A stretch of DNA of 64,000 bases. Source: Octopus sinensis (lineage: Eukaryota). Location: positions 79,980,001 through 80,044,000 of the forward strand of contig NC_043003.1 of the NCBI RefSeq assembly GCF_006345805.1. The letters run 5' to 3'. A program made the position numbers and the translations under genes. Below the pieces are notes generated by a model, which saw only the letters and a list, made by a program, of their open reading frames with translations, made no database searches and was not told where the DNA came from. Shown here one piece after another: positions 49,071 through 62,500 of this stretch (positions within the stretch are counted from its first letter, which is position 1; every line of letters starts with the position of its first letter).

Positions 49071-52069
49071 CCTTATATAATAATGATAATAATAACATTA
49101 TCTGTAACTGTAGCAAATTTGGCAAACACATTTAGCAATCATGTATCATTGATAAGAGTAATGACCAAAAGCTGTGTTTGATACTACATTACACTAAAGT
49201 ATTCCATTTTTCTATACTTCTCTACTGTGTAATTTCATTGTTTTCCTTTGATATATGAAATAAAATGTAATTTGCACGGAATATGGTAATGATTTAATAA
49301 TTTAAGTGCGAATGTTGTCAATAGTGATTTGCCGACATTATGTTGCGAGAAGGATATCGAAAACAAGGAATATTAACTTGTTAGGCCATTTAAAAAAAAA
49401 AAAAGAAAAACATAAATTAGTGTTCTTCTGAAACGTTGGTGACCAGGGTGACACGCTCAAACATTAATTAGTGTAGTTAAAAATTGAATATATATAATGA
49501 GTCACATTATATAAGTTGCGTAATATCTGAAATATAATTCTGCACTCGCTTCTAATGTGTACTTGACTAAATAAATGTTCAGTATGCATGAGCATAATGC
49601 GTGAAAAATACATCCTGGTGGAGAAGAAATAGTAGCGAGTAGAGTTTATATTCTTTTTTTTTTTTTACTATTTACTTAATATCTCACTTTGAGTTCAAAT
49701 ATTCCAGTAAATGAGGATTGAAATATTGGGCTAGATTCGATCGATTCCAACCTTCCTTATAAATGTGTGTTCCTGTGCCAAAATTAGAAATAACTTGTAT
49801 GAATAAAAGTAGTATGGCGATATCGTTTTCCTCCAGTAATACAATAAATACTTCTTCCGAAACTTCCTAAAAATATAGGAAACCTATTTCTGATCGCTTT
49901 TTCTTTATTCTTATACAACGCTTAAATTCCAGAGAAAATAACGACTGTGAATCACTCTTACAATTACTTTCTATTGCTTTTTATCTGTAATATGAAATTT
50001 CTTCAGTTCATAATTTTAGTGATTAAATTTGATAAAGACTTGAATGCAAATAATCTACATATAAGGTTTAAGAATACTCAAACTTCCGATTATTTTCTTG
50101 TTCCGCTTTTGTACTCTATAAATGCTTTTATTTATAAGACATAATTAATCTAGTTTAGATGAATGATTTTCATTGCACAGGAAAAGAAGTGCTTTTACAT
50201 TTTTATCAAAAGTTACAATAATGTCTTCATTGCAACATCATTCCAAATTTCTATTTGGAGACATCTTTTCGTTAAGATCTGATAAATACAAGGAAATGAA
50301 TAAAATAAGGATATGTGAAGGAAATTATTACATGCAAAAGCTTTTGAAAAAATTATCTTAATTAATCCGACGGCGATTGATTTCGCCGTTCCATCTCTTT
50401 ACCAACGCGTAGAATCATATTCAAAGGAATTCTGAAAACGCCAATATCTAATCTTCCCCACCATACTGTAGTGCAATGTGCTCAGCAACTGCGTAGCTAA
50501 TTGGCCAATTTAGATTGCATATATTAATAGTTCCAGTCCGTAAGTTTTTGAACACAAATCAGATTATTGAATATAAAAATAATAAACAAAAGAATTTTTT
50601 TTTATATAATTATAAAGGAGAATGACTGGAAACGTTGGAAATAATTCGATAATATATTTATAAGCAACTTAGTCGTAACAGTAGTGCGTTAGTAGAAGCG
50701 TGTGTGATGTAAAGACAGTTTGTGCTGTGAAAATATATTTAATTCAATGTAAGCGAAATAAGGTCTCCGTTGTTGTTTCAAGACACTTTTATTTATTTTT
50801 AATATTTGTTATATTCTAATATTTCCACATGCATGTTTTTTACATGTTTATATTATTAGCTAAAATATTGAACTGATATAAGTTGCTAATGTTAAATTCT
50901 TGTCATTGATTTGCAGCATCGATAAAATTGTGTTTTATAACAACAGCCTAATGTCTCCAATTCTTCTTGTTTTACTGCGTAAATAAACTATTGACAATGT
51001 CACGAAATTCTCTTCCTTTAAAATATAATCGTATATCAATTTAGCTTAAACAATTTCTCTCACTAATTTAATTTTACAATATATACAAAAATATTTAGAT
51101 TAGACACATGGCGTACTTTTCACAATCGTCAATTGAATTTATTCAGTTTATTACAAAATTCTACACCCATGATATTCATTATTTACAATATAACGAAAAT
51201 GACGTTTATTTTTAAAGTATATTCTACAGTACATTTAATAGTTGCTTAGCTTGTAAATATAAACAGTTTATTTTCCCGTCAGACACAATCTCATTTCAAC
51301 CCAATGTAGAAAAAAATCTATAAGTAAATAAAAAAAACAATCAACAAAAAACAAACATACAACCAAAAGCATTTAATATCACAACCGTGCTTAGTTTCAG
51401 TTTTAGAACCATTCTGAAACATTTCGAAAAGAGGAATCACAAAAGCATAGGAAAATATCAACACTGTTGCAAATATTTTCAGATTTTTTGTCTTCTAACA
51501 AATTCTGTTTAATTCAGTATCGACTTCACTTCATATTACCTATATAGTACCTATACTGAATTCAACACAGTGATTTCCGAAAGTTATGAAAGATTAATGT
51601 GCCAGGGAAGAATGAACACTTAACCCAGCAAAACGATCTTTAAGTATTCTTTTTAAGTATTACGTTTTTGAATATACTTTAATGGAAAAGTTATGAAACA
51701 TTTATATACAAAAATGTCTCGGTATCGAAGGTAAAATATATATGTAATAATATCTTTGGCACACGTATATATGAAATGGATGCACCAAATATGATAGGAA
51801 CGAATAGATAAAATCCACCATGTGGTAATTTCAAACAAAGCTAGCAGGTACAACACTCGATGCATGAAATATATCAAATCAATTTTGAAATTCACCTGTT
51901 GAAAAACACGAATAACTGCCTATAAAAAATGTGAATGCCTATGTAAAGACATATATGTCAGTGAGTGTGAGCGTTAAAATGCTACAAACATGGCAGACAC
52001 GATAACATAGCTAAATTGATTGTGGCTTTCAGGCAACCTAGGTCGTGCTGGCTTTCGCGATACATAGAT

Positions 52070-52088
52070 ACACGCATGTATGCACACA

Positions 52089-52122
<34 letters not shown>

Positions 52123-52206
52123 CATACATACATACATACATACATACATACATACATACATACATGCACATGTACATATCTGTTTGCCTGCCAGCTTGCC
52201 TGTTTG

Positions 52207-52251
<45 letters not shown>

Positions 52252-52388
52252 ATATCCATCCATCCATCCATCCATCTGTCTGTCTATCTGTTTATGTCTT
52301 TCTCTCTTTCTCCCCCTCTCTCTCTCTAACTATTTGTCAGTCCATCCATCCGTTTGTCTGTCTATCTGTTTATCTCTCTCCTTCCAAA

Positions 52389-52473
<85 letters not shown>

Positions 52474-52582
52474 GTTTATCTCTTTCTAAATCTACCCATC
52501 GATCCATCTGTCTGTCTATCTGTTTATTTCTCTCTCTCTCTTTCTCTAACTATTTGTCAATCCATCCATTCGTTTGTCTGTC

Positions 52583-52631
<49 letters not shown>

Positions 52632-52930
52632 CTATTTATCTATCTATTTATCTATCTATCAATCCATGCATCCATCCATCCATCCATTCATGCATCCATG
52701 CATCCATCCGTCTATCTGTTTGTCTCTGTCTATCTGTATGTCTGTCTGTCTGTCCAACTATCTATATATCTGTGTGTCAGTCTGCCTGTCTATCTTTCTT
52801 GCTCTCTCAGTCAATCTCTATCTCTCTATCCATGCATGTATGTATGTATGTATGTATGTATGTATGTATGTATGTATATATGTATGCATGTATGTATGTA
52901 TGTATGTATGTATGCATGCATGAATGCATG
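52070..52930. repeat. Compound tetranucleotide satellite (TACA/CTAT/CCAT/GTCT/CT) with an internally duplicated unit
   Basis: ctctaactatttgtca(g/a)tccatccat(c/t)cgtttgtctgtctat occurs at about 52325 and about 52545. Confidence 0.95.
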
Positions 52931-53116
52931 CGTGCATTTAGTTTTATCTGTAACAATTGGTCTAAGCATGCTACCAACATCGCCTTCATTAACTCTTACG
53001 CATCTCTTACACATAACCCCACGCCTGATGGTATGACCATTCTTCTGCCCTATGCATCTCTGTAAATTTGTCTTTATACACAGTTTTAGTTTATGGCTAG
53101 CAATGTTCACACCTAC

Positions 53117-53175
53117 CAAGTGATTCCTGAAGAAATTTCTGGTGAAACAAAATATGCGTTTTGTTCGACTCATTG
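53117..53175 (+). ncRNA. Degenerate type I hammerhead ribozyme motif (PLE pLTR-like)
   Basis: CTGAAGA 53127-53133, GAAAC 53144-53148, stem III acaaaa/ttttgt, stem I gtgattc/gactcat with one mismatch; one extra nucleotide at the cleavage site (GTTC); stem II weak. Confidence 0.45.
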
Positions 53176-53180
53176 TTATT

Positions 53181-53320
53181 GGTTGCTGTGTGGTAAGAAG
53201 CTTGCTTCACAACCACATGGTTTCGGGTTTAGTCGTACTGCGTCACACCTAGGGCAAGTGTCTTCTACTAAAGCCGCAGGTCGACCAAAACCTTGTGAGT
53301 AGATTTGGTAGACGTAAACT
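53181..53320 (+). mobile_element. SINE family B
   Basis: gctgtgtggtaagaagcttgcttcacaaccacatggtttcgggtttagtc..cctagggcaagtgtcttctacta..ccttgtgagtagatttggtagacg. Confidence 0.9.
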
Positions 53321-53996
53321 TGGGTGGGGGAACAAGTTTGCTAAACGCCTTATTGAATGAACGGCTGAAAACTGGTCTAAAGTTCTTTGGATCGATGAAT
53401 CCCGCTCCTGTAACTTTGCATCGGACAGAAAAACTCATGTTAGACGCCGTCCAATTGAAGAATTCCACCATTTTAAGTGTGTCAAGAAAACAGCGTGAGA
53501 GGGAGGTGTGTGTCTGGGGGGGGGGTAATAGTGTGGGCCGCATTCAGCAGCTTAGGAGTTGGTCCAATTGTTAAGGTAGATGGCTGACTGAACAGTGTAG
53601 GCTATCTGCAATTAGTAAATTAAAATGTGCTGCCCTATTTAAATAATCAGATGCCACCAGGATCCAATTTCCAGCAGGACAATTGCCACGATCATAAGGC
53701 GAGATACGTTTTGCAAAATTTTGATCGCAGTAATATGGTAGTTATTGAGTAACAATCCGCAGAACCCGGATTTGAATCCGATAGAAAATTTATGGAATTA
53801 AGTTTCTAAAAGAGTACAAACCATCAAAATTTGTTTTTAAAAGAGTACAAACTATCAAATTTGTCCCAGTTATATAATTTTATTGAAGAAATATGGTAGA
53901 ACATTCCAAATTAATTTTGTGCTCATTTGTCGAACTCCATGTCCCACCGTTGTAAGGTCGTAATTGGAAATAATGACTATCGAACTAGATATATAA
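53321..53996 (+). mobile_element. Tc1 (DD34E) transposase relic, catalytic and C-terminal part
   Basis: NWSKVLWIDESR, VIVWAAFSSLGVGPIVKVDG, FQQDNCHDHKA, NPDLNPIENLW, SMSHRCKVVIGNNDYRTRY. Confidence 0.9.
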
Positions 53997-54369
53997 ACAA
54001 AATCGAAAACACATGAGCGAGATGCGTATGTTGCTAGTTCGTGGGTCGACCGCGCTTTAGGCGTAAGGGAATATGTTCCCAATGTGCCTGTTGTTAAAAA
54101 CACCTGAAAGTAAGCCATAGACAAGCGAGACAAGTCACATCAGGGCCATTGTCAGAGCGACAGGCATCTATGTCTCGTCCTTGTTTTGCATTTGCAATGT
54201 CTCGTACCGAACTACGCCTGCTGCAAGCTATATCGCCGGCTATGATTATGTGCTAAATGGTTTAAAAATAATCTGCTGGCATGTCTCAACGTTTCATGCC
54301 ACAAAAAAATTCTATATGCATATATAGTTAAGAACAAACGAACAAGCATGCGCACGCAAATGCAGTAAT

Positions 54370-55604
54370 TCCAGAATATACTGGAAACCTCACTTTTTAT
54401 TTAGCTATTTTTTCTATCGGCGATATGACTAATTCAAATCAGTACTAGTCTGTATATGTGTTGATATGAATTATTTATACTTTGTACTTCATGAAATAGC
54501 TCTCTATTTTCATTTTTCAAAGACATTTATACTGAAATAAGCTAAAATGCGCATCTATTGTAATATGTAGTAGGACAGACTGTTGGATTGCGGATGGCTG
54601 GAGTATCAACAATCAAAACTGCATTGACTCTCATTGTTTCTAGAGGTGCAGTCCCTAAGATCATGCTGACTTTCCATAATTAATGTAAAACCAGTTTTGG
54701 CAAATATAATTCTTGACAGAAGGCAAAGTTCCCAGAGAGGGACAACAGAATAGTGTAATATTTTGTATTTATATATAGCTGAAGTGCGGTAGTAAATTAC
54801 GATAGAAATAAACCACCAGTTTGCTTACCCTCTATCAACCATAACTGTTCGTCTTTAGCACCATAAACCTGGACACCATGGGAGAGCGGCTATTACTAAA
54901 CCTCTCTTGTCGCTCTTCAGCACTGGTAAGTAGAAAAAAATGTTGTCTAGACTATCAGAAGTCGTCTTAGTCTCAATATACTTATATCATATCCGATGAA
55001 TGATTTTTCCCTCGTTTCCTAACTCTTGTGCGTGTTTAAGTCTGGAGATATTCCCCACCCATAAATGCTTCAACATTGAACGACGCTTACCATGAAGCAT
55101 AGCGGTTGCTCTGTGATGATATGGGAAAACATATTACAGAATTCTGTTGGCCCTTTAGCTGCACATGTCGGAGTTCAAGTCAATGATTATCCGAGTGTTT
55201 TGGATGATTATGTCCATCCTATGGTACATTGTTTGCTGGTGGCAGCTTAAACGTCCAGGGCAATAATGCGCCGATTCAGACAACTAAAGGGATTACTAAT
55301 AGGTACAAAGAACACAAAACTGAAGTCGATCACTTGGATTGACTTGCACAATCACCCGATCGAACATTAGTGATGCATTTGGACCAGCAAGTGACGAGCC
55401 TCTTCCCTCTACCTTTGTCGCTGAAAGATCTAAAAGTGGTTTAACTTGAATGCTTCGATATACTATTAATAACCGCTCAGAATTTGTACGATGCAATTTC
55501 CCGAGGTATTAAAGGTATGATTGATTCTAGAGTTAGATCAACTATGCATTACATATTTAAGCTTTTATTTAACAAGATGTTTCCATTGTTTCATCCAAAC
55601 CCTA
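54370..55604 (+). mobile_element. Second Tc1 element, decayed
   Basis: GQTVGLRMAGVSTIKTALTLIVSRGAV (HTH); TMKHSGCSVMIW, NNAPI, AQSPD; terminal ccaaaccct(a) TIR remnant. Confidence 0.8.
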
Positions 55605-56536
55605 TATAAATAATATTATTTTATCAAATGCTGAACTTCCGTGATTCGCTACTTGGAAACTTTTGTTTCTGATTCCTGCAAATGAAGTGAGAGAACGCAT
55701 TTTCTTACATCACGTACCTTCTATAGCCATAGTCTAAAAAAACACGTTCATCTAAGAAACACATTCACAGTCACCTACCACACTCTAATGCTCAACTCAA
55801 AATCGCTTTGCACAAACTACCTGTCCGCATAACACACTTCTCTTACGATACAGGTAGACATTCATACTTAATCTTGTACTCATACACAAAAACACACACA
55901 GGTACGCATGCACACAAACACACACACACACACAAAACACACAAACACACTACCTTCAAACACAGATGAACGTAAGCATGATTCACATATATGCTATTTT
56001 CCATTACATAACAACCCATTACTCTACAGACGTCTCAACGCTACCTGCGACCTACTACACTCAAAACGCAGCAACAGTTTTCTTTGCTCATTATACACAC
56101 ATTTCTCTTATACTTGTCACAAAGACAAACCTACTTGATACACAGTTAGTCTTTTCTCTCAGATTTTCCATGCTTATTTTCCTTACTCCTCTTTAGCTTT
56201 CTTCCCCAGAAAAAGTACCTTCATTGTTTAACTACTCCTGTATGCATTCAAGCATGTTTCTTCATCGTGATTTGTTTTTCCTTCATCATCTTATCGTTTT
56301 AATATTCCTCCATTCTGATTTAACGAAGAATTTTTCCGAAACGTTATTATTCGTTCCTCTGTAGCTTTAATTACACTGACTTTGCATTTCCTTCATTACT
56401 TTTGATATTCGCTGCTTCCTTACTCAGATACACCCATACATATGTTCTTTGGCTAGAAGACGAGCCAAACCTGTACATGTGAATTCGTGCGTTAGTGTAG
56501 AATATATTGCAAATTAAACAGGTTACTTGCTCCAAA

Positions 56537-56767
56537 AGGTGGCGAACTGGCAGAAACGTTAGCACACCGGGCGAAATGTGTAGCCGTATTTCGTCTACCA
56601 TTACGTTCTGAGTTCAAATTCCGCCGAGGTCGACTTTGCCTTTCATCCTTTCGGGGTCGATAAATTAAGTACCAGTTATGCACTGGGGTCGATGTAATCG
56701 ACTAAATCCGTTTGTTTGTCCTTGTTTGTCCCCTCTGTGTTTAGCCCCTTGTGGGTAGTAAAGAAAT
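56537..56767 (+). mobile_element. SINE family A, young copy
   Basis: 17-bp TSD aggttacttgctccaaa at 56520-56536 and 56768-56784. Confidence 0.95.
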
Positions 56768-57329
56768 AGGTTACTTGCTCCAAACACTGCTTTACTGTAT
56801 TCACACGCTTTTAATAGCATTATTTTTGGAGTAAAACGTGTTTTACAAATTTGGCTAAAGTGTTTTATGAAGGAAATTCAAACTCAGGAAATTTCCGCAT
56901 TTGAATCTTTTAACCTTAACTTTGATGAGATCAAAATTGTAAAGAATAGAAAATGGATAACAAGGTTGGTTTGAATTGTTCTTCAATAAATATCTATACA
57001 GTATTTAAGATGTCAAGAAGTGTCATTTTAAGTTACTTTTAAATGGAAGCGAAGCTTACAAAAAACATATTTTACTGTTTAGATAAAAAGTTGTGTCTAA
57101 ATAACTCCACATAAAATCTAGTTAGCTTGATTAGGTCATGTTCTTTCTTTTGTTTTAATAAAAGAAAAAAGTTCCATGCTGATATGGATATTATAAATCA
57201 ATTTGTTATTCTCGCGGATGTACTGCAACATATTTTGAAGTCCAGAAGCTAGTGGAGATGACGAAGATCTTCATTTCTTTGTCTTCTACAAAGATAATAG
57301 GTCTACACTTCAGTAATCAGGTTATACTA

Positions 57330-57560
57330 CAGAAAAGAAAAGGTTTCACTCTTGTACACCTAGAACTACCGTAAGAAGCAAACTCTTAATTATTCAGAAA
57401 ACAAGACAAAACATGAAGCAACTGCCAATACATTTTAACATTACGCAAATGAAGACAATTTCCCGGAGAACCATAACAAGAATGTTCGAAGCTGCTGGTT
57501 TTCTCGATAATAGAAGAGTAAGGAAGCATTCTTGCCCAAATATGGTAACTATCAAACTGC
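57330..57560 (+). mobile_element. Possible Tc1 N-terminal (second HTH) relic
   Basis: CTPRTTVRSK..MKTISRRTITRMFEAAGF resembles GRPR.TT..VSRRTI.R.L.EAG. Confidence 0.4.
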
Positions 57561-58224
57561 TTTCAGAAAATCATCTAGAACGATGAATCAAGATTTAAGC
57601 TTTATATATACCCTTGGACGATACTGTCGTGGGGCTTGCGAGTGAATGCAAGCGGAGCGTATTTCAACAATTGATTTTTAAATGAAGGTGAAATTAGGTT
57701 ACCGGATGCATTTTCATCCTCAGATGAAGCTTGTAAGAAACAAATAATCAGTTGTTTCCTTGCTATACTAAAACTATTTGACGTACCATTACAGCACATT
57801 CAGGGAAAATTATTTCCTGCAGGGAATATAAAGGTGATTCAATTTTCAAGAACATAGGGTTCCTACTCATACTTAAAAACGAACAAAAGTATGGATAGAG
57901 AACCTAGAAATCTTTGTTCTGCACAGAAAAAAATTCTTATAGAAATCACAGAAAAAATATTTGTGTTTGTATTTTACATACGTTTGGAAGATTTGCAACC
58001 TCTGATGAATTTCGGAAAGTTGTGATACATAACACTGACAATACCGATTCGTGGTAAAAAATGAATCTGATACATACCAAAATAGCTAGGTAACAATGTT
58101 AAGACATGCTATTATACAAATTTGCAGCTGTATCTCTGCATATTTTATATAATTTTAAGAGTAAGATTTGTAAGATTGTGTTATTAGGAAAATTTCTCTC
58201 AGGTTATTTTATATATGTCTAGAG

Positions 58225-58912
58225 TTAGCAAACTTTATGAAAGGTCACTTTGTTTAAGTAGGTGAATGCTGCCATAATCCTCGCCGTCAGTGTATCTTTG
58301 GTGTTACAAGGAGTTGAGTTGGTCTCTCGTTCAACTGCACCTCTAACATAATAATCAAGGGCGTTGCGGTCTGGGGGAGTTACGTGCCCAGATGTTAGAG
58401 ATAATGTGGTCGCAGAAATTCTCTGACGGCCATGCCTGGGTTCTCCTGCATGTGTGGCATGATGCAGAACCCTGTTGTCAGACATCGGCCCTTCTTGTCG
58501 CTATCCTGTCGACCAAGGGCAACATTACCTGCTCCAGGCGCTTGATGTAGGCGTCCGTGTTGAGTCTGAGGCCGTGTGGGAAGATGGAGGCATAACGTCG
58601 ACATCACTAGTGATCACTCCAAATGCCATGATGTTGAATGGATGTTTGATCTTTATCACTCTCGGTACATATCCCCAGACTGCACTGTCCTCAGATTGAC
58701 ACTGACACACTCTGAAATCTTCGTATTTGACCTGCCGGTGCGAATGCCAAGCAGTACATCGTTTCGTACCTACATTTCTGACAGAGTGAACTGTTTTCTC
58801 AAGGACAGTGCCTAAACTGACCTTACTATACTGTGTAGTCGACAAAATGAAACCAAACATTGCGCATGCGTGAAATTAAAGATATAAAGTGGTGACAATT
58901 TACCCATCGCAA
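58225..58912 (-). mobile_element. maT (DD37D) transposon relic
   Basis: KHPFNIMAFGVITSD.DVMPP..HGLRLNTDAYIKRLEQVMLPW..QQ(D)SASCHT..SENFCDH..NSPDRNALDYYVRGAVERETN; D-x37-D spacing on reconstruction. Confidence 0.85.
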
Positions 58913-58927
58913 CATCTCTCTCTCTCT

Positions 58928-59003
<76 letters not shown>

Positions 59004-59007
59004 ATAT

Positions 59008-59340
59008 GTAAAGTATAATAGCCATCTCAATATGGCTAACCACAAAGGGGGGTGTAACTGTAGCTTTTAGCCCCAGGAGATCATCGTCTCCAGCTGGCTT
59101 TAGGCACACCACCTGTGCACTTATGGTATTTGCAGAGGAAGGCCATCCCTTTCTCGTAAGCCTAGGTGATACGCACCGGACTGACAGTTTCGAGGTCGTT
59201 GCCTCTTATCAACGGGCGGTAATCACTAGGTCACGATGAAAGGGATAGCCTGTATGCAAATATATGAGTTTTTCTAGTGACTTCTGCCACTGATTTCGAA
59301 AAACTGTCTGCAAGCATTATTAAATCTCAGATTTAATATA
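59008..59340 (-). mobile_element. PLE pLTR-like or retrozyme-like short element between microsatellites
   Basis: Contains a fossil hammerhead; its terminus 59008-59041 is homologous to the arms of the 747-835 hairpin. Confidence 0.6.
59172..59219 (-). ncRNA. Fossil minimal type I hammerhead ribozyme
   Basis: Minus strand cgcccg TTGATAA gagg caacga cctc GAA actg t cagt C cggtgcg: stem II 4 bp, near-palindromic stem III, GUC site; core differs from CUGAUGA at two positions. Confidence 0.7.
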
Positions 59341-59510
59341 TAATTATATATATATATATATGAACATAAAGATTAGTTGCCAACAGGACTTGGGGGTCCT
59401 ACAAAGATCGATGTTACTGTTGTTTAAGTCCCAAGAAAGCATCTGTATATATCTTGCTGAGAGATTTAGAACAGGTTGTTTTTTTCTCTCTCTTTCTCTC
59501 TGTCTCTGTC

Positions 59511-59605
<95 letters not shown>

Positions 59606-59870
59606 GAAATTTATAGAAAAACAAAAGACAAAGACAGGTGTACGAACAACAAGTAAATATATTAGTTTGGCGTGCGGGGAAGATGAAAAAGTCTTTGGCA
59701 TTTCAAGCCTAGGCACTTGGACAGAAAGGAATATAGGAAAATATACAGAGAGAGAATGAAAAACCTTAAGATTTCAGCGGTCCAGCATTGCATATATGTG
59801 TATGCATTTATATGTATATCGCTATGTATATACATGTCTATGTATATACATATAAGTATATGCATATGTA

Positions 59871-59939
<69 letters not shown>

Positions 59940-60575
59940 TATATATATATGTATGTCCATATACATATGTATATGTATACACATACACACATATATAATT
60001 ATAAAGTAAAGCAATAATACATTATGGCGGATATATCATAAACAATTAATAATTATTTATGAATATATCAATGGCCAAACATGTTATCATAACATACATA
60101 AAAGAAAAATGTTTATAATTATGAAAAAGTCACAATTATAACTAGCAGTGTTACAATAACCCTTACATATGTGCGCACATACTTACACATATATGCACGC
60201 AGGCACACATGCACGCGCGCACGCACACACACACACAAACATTTCTATCGTCCTAATGTATTGTAAGCTTTTTGTAGAGCGTCGATGACATGACAGCGCA
60301 AGTCTTCCCGTTTAATCGTGAATTCCGCCATTGGATGAAGTCATTACATTATTTCGTACTGACTTGCTCATTCTGTTTTCTTGACAGGGATATAGGGGTG
60401 GTTTGCCATTGCTTTACTCAGTTGGATGGCTGTTGGCTCACAAGGATCAACATTCTGTCACGTCATGTTTTTAGTTCTGCTGGATACCTGGATACCAAGA
60501 GGCTCTCCTCACAGCATGTTTTTTAAGTGGGGAGGTCCGTTTATATATATTGCATGTGCATTGTAATATAGCCTC

Positions 60576-62500
60576 TGTTATGGGGATAATAACAATAATG
60601 GTATACCGCTCCCACGTAATGAGCGGTATGTGCTAGTCATTGTAATACTGACAGTGAAAGAGTACGAAGTGGACGGTCATAGATTACTAACTATAATGCT
60701 ATGCCGGGATGGGCGTTATGACAGTCTGACAGAGGATTACAACAATGGCGACGAGGAATTAACAAACTTAGAGGGAGTTTTGAATGTCACAAATGTTTTT
60801 TGTGCGTATGTTATGATATACCAAGTCGTAAAATTATGGAAAAATTGTTGGCGGTTTGCTTGAGTTGCAAAAGCACCACCAACAACAACTGAAAAACAAC
60901 ATCAGAAGCAACAGTAGAAGCAATGACAACAACTACTGTTACTGCAACAAATGCTGCAATTAATAAGTATTAAGTCATAAAAAATGATGCAATTAATGAA
61001 TACTAAGCCGTCAAAAAAGGCTGGAGATGTTCTCGCGAAATTATATTGCAAACTCGAGAATTTAAGCATGAACCAAATGAAGGAGTTACCTTTGAGGCGT
61101 CCTAGAGAAGACACGAACAGACACGAACAGATCTTCAATAGAGAGTGCAAAGATTGGTACGACGATATGAAAACGCGTTTAATCTTAGGAAAACTGGCAG
61201 CAGCAGAACATGAGCATAACAGCAATTACGAACTTCTGAAAAAAAAAACCCTTCTGATATAAACTTTAAAGAGACGTAATGTAATGATCCCCACTAGGTA
61301 ATTTGTTAAAGAACAATGTAATACGGTGTTGGACTGATAAGTACTAGAAGGCCTTTGGCGAATTAAAAACAAACATTTTAACATCGAACTTATCGTTAAA
61401 CAATTTTGATCCGAAGCTGGATATTATATTGGCTACTGATGCGTGTGATTACGGTGTAGGATCCGTGATTCTGCACGAATATGTCGATAGGAATAAAAAG
61501 GCTATATCCCATGCGGCACGATCGTTATTATCAGCAGAAAGGAACTATAGACAAATAGGAAAAGGAGCGTTGGCAATCATATTCGGCGTGAAAAATACCA
61601 TAAATTTATTCAGGGAAGACGCTTATGTCTACAAAGTGGTCATTGCCCACTACTGTCAAATCCCGGTTCTAAGAACGGAATACCAACACACACAGCGAAT
61701 AGACTACAGCGATGGGGTACTACATTATTAAATTATCATTACAAAAAATGGAATATTTATCGTCAAAAATGCAAGAGATTAATATCAAAAGGAGAAATAA
61801 AAAAATGTAATGTGGAATCTAGTACTTGAATTACCGGTAACCCTAGAAGACAAACCTAAAACCGGTAAAGAAATAAAAAGAATAATGTGGCCAAGAAAAC
61901 TAAATGAGACCAGGATTGGTGAATCTATGCACAATTTATTATGGCGTACTGATGTATGCACAGTGAGTAGTGATACCTGAAACCCTACAAAAGAAAATTT
62001 TCTGGGAATTTCAAGTTGGACAACCTGGTATTTCAAGGATGAAATTTTAATGCCTAGCTACGTGTACTAGCCAAAAATGGATAGAGAAAATGAAAATTTA
62101 GTGAAAAGCTCGAGAGGATGTGCTGTATTGACAAAATTACCGACGATATAATGTGAACCTTGGCCAAAAATAGATGATCCGTGGTTGAGACTACACATTA
62201 ATTTGCTGATCCCTTCAACGGTTCATACGATTTAGTGGTAATGGATAGTTTCTCTAAATGACCAGAAATTTATAAGTGTAAAAAGCCAACCTCCTCAACT
62301 GCGACAAATTTACTACATGAGCTGTTTGTGAGATTTGGCATCTCAGACGCGATAGTGTCTGACAATGGAACACAGTTGTGTCTTTTGAATGTAAAGTGTT
62401 TTGTAAAACGTTCGTTGTTGTATATGTAACCATCCCAGATCTAACGAACGCTTTGTCGATATGTTCAAGACAGCCCTACGCAAAATTTCACAAAACCATA
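60576..62500 (+). mobile_element. Internally deleted Gypsy of the same lineage as 36799-41458
   Basis: 5' LTR TGTTATG..TACAACA (about 60576-60744); PBS TGGCGACGAGGA 60746-60757; Q-rich gag; RNaseH ATDACDYGVGSVILH..SHAARSL..ERNY.QI.K.ALAIIFGVK; IN PWLRLHI..VVMDSFSK..PE..DAIVSDNGTQ. Confidence 0.88.

Noticed and set aside
50180-50290. Acceptor ttttcattgcacag as a possible second exon
   Set aside because: The phase-1 reading stops after about 13 codons with no donor.
52016-53065. 318-aa and overlapping long ORFs
   Set aside because: Stop-free only because of tetranucleotide satellites (YLSI/HTYI repeats).
56310-56352. Hammerhead-like aacgaagaatttttccgaaacgtta (and gctcgaaacgt at about 7690)
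   Set aside because: Core incomplete and stems unsupported; at most very old pLTR debris.
60387-60526. Strong acceptor ttctgttttcttgacag
   Set aside because: Phase-1 frame stops immediately (GGG ATA TAG); downstream ggtggtttgccattgc looks like an RTE/SINE-type remnant.
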